NCBI RefSeq assembly: GCF_006345805.1
Contig: NW_021825821.1
Coordinates: forward strand, 624,009 to 688,008
From: Octopus sinensis
Lineage: Eukaryota
Length of the DNA: 64,000 bases
Direction: 5' to 3'
The notes under the pieces are model-generated. The model saw nothing but the letters and a program-made list of their open reading frames with translations. It made no database searches and was not told where the DNA came from. A program made the translations under genes and the position numbers. Positions 43,100 to 55,772 of this stretch are shown here, piece by piece. Each line of letters begins with the position of its first letter. The first letter of the stretch is position 1.

Positions 43100-43410
43100 G
43101 ATCTCTGCTATATTTTCTGGAAATTTTCACGAATCTGAAGATTCAATCTGAAGGCTGAAGATTTAAAGCTATCAAAATATTCTGCCCTCTCGGAGGAGTT
43201 TTCCGTGATGCCGATCGCGGCGGAGACGTCTGGTGCTCTCGGTCCAAAAACTGAAAAGTTCCTTCGCAAGCTCGGAGCCAAAATCTCAATGCGCACTTAT
43301 GATTCTCAGGAGGCGGACTGGCAAATGCAACGGTTCTCGATCGCCATTATCCGGGGAAACAGTTTGGCAATCCGCCAGGTTACATATTATATCATAAACA
43401 TAATACTAAC
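43100..43410 (+). mobile_element. CRE 3' end, another subfamily
   Basis: PIAAETSGALGP..QRFSIAIIRGNS; its last ~75 bp recur at 48781-48857. Confidence 0.75.
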
Positions 43411-43569
43411 TAAATTATCATTAATTATCAAAAAATATACTTTTTATAAATAAAAAATTAAATATATGTTTTAATGTCTTATCGTCTGGGAATAAATATC
43501 AATAATAGATAGATTTGACGGTTGTCATAGTTGGAATACATTTTGACTAATTTATTTATTCAGATTAGT

Positions 43570-46029
43570 ATGGCTAACGTAGATTGGATTCAGATTTTCC
43601 TGTTTATTCTGTGTTTGCTCTCTTACGTAGGAAATATTGTTTCTGGGTACATCATATCGACAAGTTTATTTTTTATTGAATTTTCCGATAGGTAATTCTG
43701 GAATCGACCAAATAAGTAATGTTTCTGCTCAAAACGATCTTTTTATTACTCCTCCTAACTTTGTATTTGAATTTGTGTGGGGAACCACATACATTTCACA
43801 AGTTAAATCTTTTGGATAATTTTTACTAGTTAATTTGGCTTGGATTTACAGTCCCGTCCAAATGTTAGAGGCACCCTATTTTTTTCCCTAAAAAAGGCAC
43901 TTATTTGTCATTTTTTGAAAAAAGTTTTTTGTTAATAACAAACTATTGAATAAAAAATCTTAACCTAAAATTTTTGAGCACATTTAGTTTATAATGTGTA
44001 TTTACTAAGAAACTCAAAATAATACATCGTTCATATGTTAGAAGCACATTTCAATAACGAAAGACAAAATTATCCAAAAATTTAATATTTAGTCATTCCT
44101 CCATTATTTATGACTACCGAAGATATTCTTCTTGGAATTGACTCAAAAAGCTTAATAACCACACCTGTATCAATGTTTTCTCAGGCCTTCTTTGTTTCAT
44201 TCCATAATTCTTGAATCGTTGATGCTCCACATTTTTTAACTTCTTTTTTTAAAATTACCCATAGATTTTCAATTATATTTAAGTCAGGAGATTGACTTGG
44301 CCATTTTTCATGAGTTTTATGTTGTTTTCGGCCATAAACGCTCTAGTGGATTTGGATGTATGACATTTTGCTCCATCTTGTTGAAGAAAATAATTTTCAT
44401 CATAAAAATTTTCAAATCCTTCTTTTATAACGCGTTGATATTCGGCGGAGTCGACTGTTTTTCGGCAAAGGACAATTGATCTTTGCCCATTGCTTTTAAT
44501 TGCTCCCCATATCGTAATTGATAAAGGGAATTTCACAGTTTCAATTGAATATTCTTTCTGTAATTTTGATCCAGGGGGTCTTCTTATGTATTGTCTAGAC
44601 ATCTGATTTAACTGAATCCGGCATTCATCAGAAAATATCACTAAATTCCAGTCGTCTTGATTCCACGGAATTTTAGTAAGACACCATGTATATCTTTTAT
44701 CAACCTGAGATGCAGTCAATTTTGGTTTTTTCACTGCAATGCGTCCGAATAAATTGTTGCGTCTCAAAATTCGTTTAATTGTCGAAAGACTCACTTTTCC
44801 GGAAAAGTTACAGCATATAAGAAGATCGTTGGCGGTCATTTTGGGTGTAATTTTGACATTCTGATAAGATAGCGTTCATCATTTTTGGTTAATTTTTTGT
44901 TCCTTCCCTTTTTTGGCATATCATTATATAAATATCCGTGTAAAAATCGCTTTTTAATTTTTTGAATGGCACAACGAGAGATTCCCAAATCTTTGGATAT
45001 TTTCACCTGAGATTCGCCACATTTAATTTTTCGATGACGAGAACCTGTTATAAGCTGATACACGAGGCATTTGAATTTTTTATTAGAATTAATAATAATA
45101 AATTATAGAATTATTGCTTTTTACATAAGTGCCTCTAACATATGAGCGACCAATTATTTTTTGTTTTCAAGTTTGAGAATACTATCGGTCGAATATTTAT
45201 AAAAACTTTGGAAATGTTTAATTTCTTTTAAAAACTTAATTTATTCTTTAAAATCTTTCGAAAAATAATAAATAAGTGCCTTTTTAGGGAAAAAATAGGG
45301 TGCCTCTAACATTTGGACGGGACTGTATTATGATCTCACTGTGTTACAAACAAAAGATTTCTGTTCAATAATTCTCACAATTAACTCCAATCTTGCTCAA
45401 AGTGCTTGATTCATATTAATGTGGGTTCACTGGGTTAGTTTATTGCCATTTATTTTATTTAGTTTGGTTTTTGTGCCTTAGGAAATTTTACATTTATAGC
45501 GCTGTTGTCGTTGGAGTATTTTCTGTCATATTTTGTTATCTGTGGCTTGGAGTGCTATTTTATCGAACTGAGATAAGCTCTCCTAATATGAATAAAGTGG
45601 AGCGTTTTTTTCATTTATTTTATACTTAATTGTTTGTCTCTCATTATTGCCTGGATATGTTTTGCGTTTCATTTAACGTTGGGTTGTTGCTTGTTTATTC
45701 GATTCCAATTTTAACAAACTTTCAATTTCTTTAATGGCACTCAGTTTATTCGCTGGAATTATTCTTCTATTTTTTTCATTGACGTTTATATAGCGTTAAA
45801 TTACACAAAGTATATTTATACACCAATTCTTTTATTCATTTTCACAATGCTGACACTTACTTACAAGCAAACACTTGCCACGACGTTGCTCTCTAATGAT
45901 TTTATCAGTCGATATACTGCTGGACTGGCAGTTTTTGCTGCGCTTGAACTTCTTCTTAAGTTACTAACATTAATGTACAAATCTTGCAATATTTGCAAGT
46001 TTTTAAACTATTTCGAATTAACAAAATAA
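43570..46029 (+). pseudogene. TspO-like copy 4, interrupted by a Tc1 element
   Basis: Near-identical to copy 3 in body and 3' flank; insertion at the TA at 43847-43848; several single-base homopolymer differences. Confidence 0.8.
43849..45325 (-). mobile_element. Tc1 DNA transposon, full length with two 1-bp frameshifts
   Basis: ~55-bp TIR cagtcccgtccaaatg.., TA duplication; [32 protein letters not shown] (the last in a shifted frame). Confidence 0.92.
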
Positions 46030-46679
46030 TCTCTAACATAACTTTACTATATTTCTTTTCTTTAAAACATTTATTTTATTTTTTGTATAGAATTATTTAG
46101 GATAACATTGACATTTTCAGTATTATAAAATAAAAACGATTTTTTGATCTATATCAAGGTAGATTTAACTATTATGTTGTATGTTTATAGGCACTAGTTT
46201 TTAATCATGTTAGTGCATGATCGAAAGCACAGTACATCTATTTATGAATTATTTTTTACAGTACGCAATTAATCACAATTTGAACCATGGCAAAGTGAAA
46301 AATATATATTTAAAATTAATAAAGTAGATCTTAATCTTTTTATCAATCTTTTTTCCATACAAGTTTAGGATTTAACCTCAAATATTCAAGAATTTATTGA
46401 ATTAAGAAATTTTTACAGTCCATAAACTTATTTGAATTAATTTAATTTTGATGAAGCAGCGACACAGAAATTTGACAAATAATTCTAAAAAAGCCAGCAG
46501 AAATTCTAATTTTTTTAAAATTAATGTTCGGAATGCCCTTAATCGCATTCGGCGTGGCCATCTCTTGAATGTGTTTATACACTTTGTCCGAGGTTATTAT
46601 GCCCTTGCCTTATTCCTCTTAGTGCATTTAAATTTTTTCAGACTATTTCTTTAAAACTTCCCTGTCGTCTTTTAGCAAA

Positions 46680-47040
46680 GATTAAGAAACATCACTCTTA
46701 ATGATCTGAATATTTTTTGATTTCGTATCCCTGACAAGGGTGTTGTTTCTCAAGGTAAAATCAAAAGGCTAATTAGCGACAGTTCGTAAGTATAAATGCG
46801 GCAAATGAATGACATTTTAGTGACTGGTTAAAAGCGTTGCCTTTGCCTTCCACCGGACTTTTGCTGTACAACGATTTCCTGAGAATTGAAGTTTGTCTGA
46901 AGGTCTGTTTGGGCTAACTTCTTAATTGTCTTTACGGCGGGACCGTCGCCTAATATGGTCTTCATGTGCCGGAAGGTTTCCACGACCGTCGCGCGATGAG
47001 ATGGCAATTCTAAATGATTTCTTTTTCCATCCTCTGGGGC
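46680..47040 (+). mobile_element. CRE fragment, very degenerate
   Basis: DWLKALPLPSTGLLL..R..L..G. Confidence 0.5.
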
Positions 47041-47399
47041 AATTGTAAGTCCATCCTCTCTTCAGTGGTGTTATCTCTTGATTAAAAAATAATTGACAGT
47101 TTAATTCTGTTGATTAACATTTGCACTCATAAAATTTAAGTCATAACTCATAAATTAACTTGCTATCTTAATTTCTTTCTTAAAAAAAAGTTTTAGTTAA
47201 AAAACAAAAAAAAATTTAAGTTCATTTAAAATTTATCATTGCAAAGTATTCAAAATTAAAAATTTGGGGATCATCGATAAATTCCTTTAAGTGCACACTT
47301 ATAAAAATCTTTTCCACAAAAAATTTTTTTAAAATCTCACTTTCCAAATTTTATTTGTAAATATGTTTGTAAGTTATTTAGTTAGTTAGTAGTTCCAAA

Positions 47400-47800
47400 T
47401 TTGGGGTTTTTTATGGGTAAAGGTGAAATCAAAAACTTTATGAGATCGACGACAAGAGTATAGTTCTTTGAGGAGGTTTAAAATTATTAAATCTGTCTGC
47501 AATAAAATAAGTTAAGGTTAGATGTCTTGTGGTGGAATAGTGTGGGAGAAAACCATGCTGTGATTTTGCAAATGGAAGAAGACGTAGATAATTTTTATGA
47601 TTTTTGAAAAAACTGATAGAAGCGAAATTGGTCGGTATTTTTGGAATTTCCGTTTAGTTTTAGAATGGTAACTATACGAGATCATCGGAATTTGTCCAAG
47701 GTTTAGGGAAAATTCGAGGATGCTTACAAGTTCCTTTATTCCATTGGTCCCGACAATTTATCAACTCAACTGGATGTACCGTCGCAATCTCTTGCGTTAG
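47400..47800 (-). mobile_element. LINE RT fragment
   Basis: KYRPISLLSVFSKII, QHGF-like and VDLxKVFD-like motifs. Confidence 0.6.
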
Positions 47801-47939
47801 ATTTTTAAAATTTTTATTAACTCAACTAATGTGGTAGATACTATGATATAAAAGAGATTATCATTGAGAGGGAGTTTGACCTTTCGTTTTACGAATCATT
47901 TATTATTTGGCTATATTTTCTGGAAATTTTCACGAATCA

Positions 47940-48230
47940 TTTATTATTTGGTAAGAAATGTGGTCAAGTTCTACGCCAGGCTTGACAGTTTTCGAAAAGG
48001 CGCTGCGAGATCGATTCGTGTTCTGTCCGATTGTGGTCGAGACAACTGGAGGAATAAGTGGGAAATCGCTTCGCTTCCTAAAGAAGCTTGGACGCTTAAC
48101 CACATTAAAAAGCCACGACACACGTGAGACCCGGTGGCTTCTCCAGTTGATCTCCGTTGCTATCGTGAGAGGCAACGCAACGTCAATTATGTTGGCGGGG
48201 TCCACTTCGGATAAATGGCTTTGTTAACTT
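47940..48230 (+). mobile_element. CRE 3' end fragment
   Basis: FCPIVVETTGG..FLKKLGR..ISVAIVRGNATSI. Confidence 0.7.
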
Positions 48231-48914
48231 CTAGTAAGTAACAGTTTCTTTCGAAAAATATATGTCAGAAATAGTCGTTCCTCACATTTATAAATTCAGA
48301 TTTGACAAAAATCTACAACTGACCTCTAACATCAAGGTCGTTAAATTTTTTTTTTTCCAAAATATTAGAAAGTCCGGATTTGTTCTACTTCACGAAAGAA
48401 TGAATTTTGCTGTGTAGGTATAAATAAAAAGTTAGAATTACTGATCCCTCCACTTTCTATATTCATAAGTTAGAAATTTTATTATTTTTATGTTTATTAG
48501 ACATCAGTAGGAATATTGCTCAAAAGATCAAATTGCAATTATTTATTATCTGAATCAGATGTTAAAAAAGACTCAAAATGCTTTTTCAAAAGAATATACT
48601 TTAAAAATTAAACAATTCAATAAAGTAAAGAAGAAGAACTGATGGCGATCCTGTTTCAAAATAGAAATCAATGAAAAAAAATTATTTTTAACAAAACCGT
48701 ATAAGAATTATTCCATTTATACTGTAAAATTATTAATAAAAAATCTCTTTACAAAAATCTCTAAAATCGATATAATGTAATCTCGATCGCCATTATCCGG
48801 GGAAACAGTTTGGCAATCCGCCAGGTTACATATTATATCATAAACATAATACTAACTTCTAATTAGATAAAATAAAATGTAAATTTTAATAATTTTTAAT
48901 GATAACTAGGTCAA

Positions 48915-49330
48915 AACGCAATGACTCTTGGCTCGACGCCTGCCCGTTGAGATCCTCCGGATTGGAGTTGAGTTTTGACAGCTGGGTCTTGACATCTGCA
49001 CGCCCCATCGGTGTAGATGCCGAGGCACGGTGAATGTGAAAGGTTTCCACTCCTTCTCGTGCCGCCGGGACGCAGCTCGCTTGCCTCGTCATGGGACACT
49101 CAACGACGTCATCTTGAGATCACTTATTCCTGCCAGTTTCCCGAATGTACTTGAACTAGTCGGTTTGGACAGGGGGACGGCAAGCCCCTAAATGGGATGA
49201 AAACCTTCCCATTCCGCTGTGGAAAATGCCTCATCTGGGATGTAACGTGCACAGACGATACTCTCATTTTCATCCGTGATATTCTCTCCGCATCCGCACC
49301 TAATCGGCCGAGGCTTTGGCGGACGCCCAC
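48915..49330 (+). mobile_element. CRE fragment, same subfamily as 21590-22695
   Basis: LGLDICTPHRC, RHGTLNDVI, TFPFRCGKCLIWDVTC. Confidence 0.7.
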
Positions 49331-49803
49331 AAAACCGAAAATTATTAAAAAAAAAAACTCGCCTCCTGATACAAAAACTACATCAAAGCTTATTAAATAT
49401 GACGATTTTAGAAAAAGTAATACAAAAACAATGATAATTTTTCTAATCATCAACTCTCTTCTTCATTAGAATGATTGGTTTGTTGATCTCTGTATACATG
49501 AAGGACCCTTGTGAGACACAATATCAGTTTCAGCCTCTCTCATTGGCAGTCATCTGTGGATCAGGCAAACGATTATATCCGCTGGGAGTGTGTGACCTTT
49601 TCCCTTCTTTTTTCAATAAATTATTTGATTAAAAAAATTTACTAATTCAAAAGTATTATCATTGACCTTAAAGTGACGGCAATCAATAAAGCTCTTGAAT
49701 AATTTCAATGTGATTAAAATTAATTAGTGTCAAAAGATGATGAAATAAATTAAAGAAACCTTTATTAACATGCAAAGCTTAAACATTTATAAATACTCGA
49801 ATA

Positions 49804-52228
49804 TCAGCCTGGAAACGAATTTCTCATGCGAGGACATGGGAGATAACCAGTAGAACCATTTGAAAATGAACGATGCATTGATCGACAATCGGGAGTAAGG
49901 AAAGAAATTAGTTTCTCAATGGTGGCATCCTGATACTCGTGAGACCAACTAACTCCATTCATTTTTAAGAAATTTTCAAGCACTTCAGGCAATGAGCCTA
50001 CAGCTGGTCGGTCAAAATTGTAAAATATTGGAATGATGTTAATTCCCTCATTCATTGCTGTGGATATTTCCTAAGTCACAAATTTAAATGAATGATTTCT
50101 ACCAAGTTAAAATAGTCCTGATCATCCTCAAGACACCTGTCTAAAGCCCCCTTCGATAGAATAACCACGACGTTGTTGCTATTAACAATTGACTCGACAA
50201 TTTTCGACCCAAAACAGCCAGAATTGAGCGTTTTCACGTCCAGAAAGACCTTAAAACCGCGAGATTTTAAAACATATTGCAGAAGACTGACAAATGTATA
50301 AATCAAAGGCAACCTTGCTAAATGAGACCCGAAATCCCTTCGATATGAAACAAAAACATCAAAGTATTCTGGGCAGATTTGAGTAGTTATACTGCAGGGA
50401 GTAGTACTGTCGTTAGACATGCTCCTAGACTCTAGAAATGCTAAAAAGTACAGATAAACCATTTATAGCGTTAATAATTCGTTTTTTATCGCCACTGTGG
50501 ATTTGTCGGTCACTAATTGTCTCAATTCCCCCCTCTGAATGTATGGAAAAAGTATATTTCCGCATATCGTAGGATATATTTTCAAGGAAAGTGACCAAAA
50601 ATGGTGCATTTAATGAAGAATAGTCAGCCCATATTCGTAAATATTCCAATTCTCTTTTTAAGCTGCAAATAAATTGTAGATTTCTCACCGAAGGCGTCCA
50701 ATTCTTGAAAAATCAATCCCAAAAACCTTCTCAATATCTGAAATCTCACTATTGAGAAGAATTTCTCCCGGGTGAAGAAGATTTCCCCAGTTATTATAGG
50801 AAGTAGTCCCAACCCCTAACTTTTATCAAAAAATTAATGCACCAATGCATTCGAGCCATAATTTAATATCTTGAAGCTTCCATTTATGAACAACACGACT
50901 GAGAGATCTCTGCGGAAGAGGAACTTGCAACTGCTGGAGGATTTCGATGGATAAAGACTTGACTGAATTACAACCCATAATAGCAGCCTTACGTAAAAAC
51001 AATCCATACTCTTGGATAACGGCCTGGAATATGTATCATTACATAACTACCTTGGATTCTAATTTTGTGATTCGGTAATATATTATCGCATTCAAATAAA
51101 ATGAAATTATGGCAAAAGGGGAATCATGTAGTTTATTTTCGTATATTTCGATTAATTGAATTATTACATTTTCTGAAGGTAGGACTCGATCACATGTCAC
51201 CAATTCCAAAGGAGAGGTGTTTAAAATTACTTTTTTTATTGAATCATGTAGTATGGACTCATTAACGTCCTTTTCGTTAAACTTATCTTTCAAAATGATT
51301 ATGGTTAACAAGGAATGGACTAAATTTAGATTAGAATAATCCTCAATTCTGTTCATAAGACAATTTACCAACTGTTTAACCATACATTCGGACTAGAAAT
51401 GAGAAAACAAAATATACTTGTACTGTAACAGGTGAAAAAACAGCAAACATTAAAAATGCTTGAACACATATACTACAAATATCGACAGGGAAACGTTCAA
51501 AACATGCCAAATAAACATTAATAAGTGAATTGTCTTGTGTGATGTCAAATATAGCCCCTTCAGACATAAGTTTACTTAAAATTGACAGACAAAAAATTGA
51601 GAATTTCAATTGTATTGCTTCATGTTTCAATCCATTTGAATAAGAATAATCACATGCATTTTCAAAATTGGTGTCCGTATAAAAATCCTTTGAAATAAAT
51701 CTTTTCAGACACGAAGCATGCCAAACAGACTTTCCACAGAATTTGAGAGAAAATTGATCACTAATTTCACCATTAGAAATATAGTTGGTGCAAAGTAACT
51801 GAATAATCTGTACATCTTGTCTATTTTCCATCAGAAAACTGACTACAAAACAAGAATTGAGGATTGATAAAACGATAAGTTTGAGTACTGGTGGGGCTCG
51901 ACTTTTTAAACATTCAAAAAATGATCTCAAAGTACGAAAATCCTCACATTCTGATAAAATCCTAAGAACAGTTCTATTTCTTCTCAAGTTATATAAAATG
52001 TAGTAAATGTGGAGAAGAGCTTCTCCAGATTCATGAAATTTATCAATCCACTTTTCGTTTCTTATTCGTTTAATGAAGGAATCGTATGGCTTAAGCTAAA
52101 AGATTATAATTTATGCAAATAACCAAGAATTTTCGAGTAATCATCATAGACTTAAAATCAAAGTCAGTATATTTTAATTTATCTTCAATTTTAACATTTA
52201 ACAACTCGACATTCTCCACTCTAAACAT
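49804..52228 (-). CDS. SARM1: SARM1 (ARM-SAM-SAM-TIR NADase), divergent
   Basis: SAM entry WKLQDIKLWLECIG, RELEYLRIWADYS, TIR DVFVSYRR..GFKVFLDV..GALDRC..EISTA..NGVSWSHEYQDATIEKL. Confidence 0.88.
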
Positions 52229-53358
52229 TGTGGCGTTATATTGAATGTTACTTAAATAATTTTAACCGCCTATATTGCATGGCAAGCAGAACACGAACGT
52301 CGAAAAATCATTTTAGTCGCGTTTATACCGTTTCTTGTAGCGCATTTGGGTTGTTTGCGCCAAGCAAATTTGACTAAGTGACGGTTATAAAGATCGATAT
52401 TTAACACTTAAAGTCACGTGATACTTTTCACGACATTATGAGACATTTATATATCATGTTTTCTTTGATAGGGAATTAATAAATTATCATAGTTTTATAA
52501 TTTATATAATTGATTTATAATTTTCGGCGCATTTTAGATTTTATTACATTATCACATCAATAAGCACGTGACAATAATCTATTTTATTTAATACATAATT
52601 TTATTACACAACTTCTCATATTTCTAGTAGCTTTGATGTTAATTAATAATCTATCGATCTAACAAGCAGTAAAAATCACCAACAAATCTAAGGCAGTCTG
52701 AGTAAATAAAAAAACCGATTTAAACAAATATTCGGGCTTAGAAGTATTCAAATAACGTCTCTGATCGGTTTTGAGTACTAGTATGACAGTGACCTTGTAT
52801 AAAAGTGACTGGGTAATTGAGTGTTCATCTTACAAGGTCATTTAACTGTAATTTATAATAGAAAATTAACATTTATGTATTTCTAAATAAAAAATTTAAT
52901 TGAATCATTGTAATTTTCTTTTGTGTCAAAGAGGTAATACTTTAATTTGTCAAATTTTTCCAAATTACTTTGAATTGAGTCATTGAAAACAATTTAAGGT
53001 TATTTTCCACATTTTGATTTCTTGCGGATTGTTTTAACATATTGTCAATATATTTTGACAAAATATCAATCAATTATATTAACAAGACTCAAACTTCGTT
53101 CTTCTGATGGAATTAAGTTAAATACTAATGTGTAAAAATGTAAAGTAAAATTTATAAAACCAGCCTCACATTTTAATATTTGTAAGAAATGATTTTTGAG
53201 TTTTTGATAAGTGAAAATATCGATCAGAGAAATAGAACCACGTCATCTTTAAACAAATATACTAATTGAATAATCATTTTAAAATTAAAAAAAATTAATT
53301 CTTATTCAATGGCATGGGAATTAATTTACTGATAATTCAGACAAATTTCGTTTGTATA

Positions 53359-54829
53359 CACCCCTCAACATTAAAATCCGGACAATTAATAAATCGTCAT
53401 TTTTATTATCAAATTTAGAAAAAAAAACCTTTGAGCATAATAATCTTTTCTATATTTTTATATTTAAAAAAATATATTTACAAAAGTTTTATAAAACGAT
53501 ATTTAAAAGCATAAAACGTGTTTTCAGTGGCGTAAAATTCCGGACACTTTTGCTATTATAGTTAAAAGAGCTAATTTGTTTTAAATATTTTAGAAAAAAT
53601 TAATGAATTCTTTTTGTAAAGGACAAATTATTTCTTTTTACCACCAAAATTTTTCTTATAAGAGAATTTCTGATATCCTCAGAGTTCCAAAATCGACCGT
53701 TTTCGATGTTGTTCGAAAATACATAAACTCAGGAACCATTTATAGTAAAAGTGGGTCTGGAAGACCAACATTACTCAATACAAACGAAATCAAAATGTTA
53801 GTGGAACTTTCTAAAGCCAATAGTGAAAAATCTGTTAAAGACCTCGCTCTAGAAATGGAAACCATCACTCAAAAAGTAATTTCCCCGCGAACAATTACCC
53901 GCAATTTAAATAAGAATGGTTTATTTGGAAGAGTAGCAAAGAAAAAACCATTGTTAAGTAAAAAAAACATACTCAAAAAATATGAAATATTGAAAATACT
54001 TATTCGTTGGTATGTATGATGAAGGATGGAGATCAGTCATTTTTTCAGACGAGTGTACTTTTGAACTTTATTATGCACCAAAAAGAAAAATAATATATCG
54101 AAAAAGGGGAAATGAATTCAAAAATTCAAATTATCACCCAACTGTTAAGTGTGGTGGCGGCAAAATTATGGTCTGGGGATGCTTTTCATATTTTGGAATG
54201 GGTTCGTTATGTTTCATCGATGAAAAAATAAACTCAGGACAATATATAAACATTCTTGCTAACAATCTGGAAAAATCAGCCATTAAAATGGGATTAAACA
54301 CCTTCATATTCCAGCAAGACAATGCCCCATGTCATACTTCGAAAGCAACAAAGGAGTATTTTTCTGCAAACAAAATTAATTTATTCTATTGGCCGGCACA
54401 ATCCCCCGATATGAATCCCATTGAACATATTTGGTCAAAAATTAAATATGAATTATCGAGGGATGATACAGAAAATCGACCAAAAAATAAACATCAACAA
54501 AAGGATAAAATATTAAAAATTTGGAATAAAATTCCAATTGATTTTATTCGAAAATTAATAAATTCGATGAAAACTCGTAGTTTAGAGTTATATAAATTGA
54601 GAGGAAAGCATATTCCTTACTGATATTTTATTTTTGACATTTGTCCGGAATTTTTTGTCTTAAAAAATCGGTTTTTTGCTTTATTCTCAATATTTTAAAA
54701 AGATTTATGGATAAATATTATAAAATTAAAAAATATAGATGATATTAGCATGCTTAAGTTTTTAATTTAATAAAATTGATAATAAAAATGACGATTTATT
54801 AACTGTCCGGATTTTAATGTCGAGGGGTG
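53359..54829 (+). mobile_element. Tc1 (DD34E) DNA transposon, full length with one frameshift
   Basis: ~54-bp TIRs with 2 mismatches, TA-flanked; ORFs 53603-54019 and 54012-54623; FSDE, QQDNAPCH, SPDMNPIE with 34 residues between D and E. Confidence 0.92.
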
Positions 54830-54903
54830 TATACAGAAAAATGACAAACAAATATTAGTATTCAATAATTATTAATTAGATTGTTAGTAGCAATACTAAT
54901 TGA

Positions 54904-55483
54904 TTAATGAGAACATGTTGTCTTTTTTAAAAGGCGTGGCAGTTTTTGGTGGAAATAAGTAATGATTTCTTCTCCTGTAATGTATCCATCTTCTAAAAAT
55001 AAATGTATACTACATAACTATTTAAATCCTGTTTTTTGTGTTTTTTTACTATTTCTTCCTGGGTTATAATTTTATCTCGGTTCCTATCAAGTGGGGCAAC
55101 AAACAGACAAGCATAATAAGAAGGAATTCCAAAGTTTATATAACAATTTTCTAAATTTTTAGAACTGGCTTCATTATCCCCGACTATAATAATACTGGAA
55201 ATACAAAAAATACTGGAAATTTGAATATCAAATTTTTGTGGACACTTTTTAAAAAATAGCGAAATATGTTCTCCTACTGACAATTTTCCGTCTCCATTCT
55301 CATCAGCCAATTCAAAGACCTTCATATTTTTTGGTCTAATATCAATCAAATCAGATTTAATTTTTTTCAAAGTTTCAGCTCTGCTATTAATGTCGCCACG
55401 TGATGTACTAAAAAAGTAGTATTTAATAAATACAATTGTGAAACGGATAATAAAATCAAACATATTTTTGATAAAGAAATCAT
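54904..55483 (-). CDS. Secreted multi-EF-hand protein
   Basis: Spliced N-terminus MISLSKICLILLSVSQ (signal-like); EF loops DENGDGKLSVGE, DRNRDKIITQEE, DLNKDGYITGEE. Confidence 0.7.
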
Positions 55484-55772
55484 TTATTGTATAAACTTAT
55501 AAACTTCATCATATATAAGTAAAATCCGAACAGGTGTCAAATAATTAATTCCATATGGTAAATTATTTTATGATTAAAAATTCAATAATTAACAGTTGGG
55601 AAAAATATTAAAAAATAATTAAAAATGAAAGTTAAAATCTATATTTGGAACAAAATATAATAAAGTTATGAATGGGTTACATAATAAAAATTATTGTGTT
55701 ATTATTAAAAAAATAATAATTATGTAATTTAAATTTTAATTATAAAAATAAGAATAATCGTTTGCTTGTGAT

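Noticed and set aside
47410-47800. Plus-strand micro-intron gene
   Set aside because: The minus strand carries clear LINE RT motifs
52790-52842. 10-bp stem tgaccttgta..tacaaggtca as a snoRNA, SECIS or miRNA
   Set aside because: No C/D boxes, no valid SECIS helix and too little pairing
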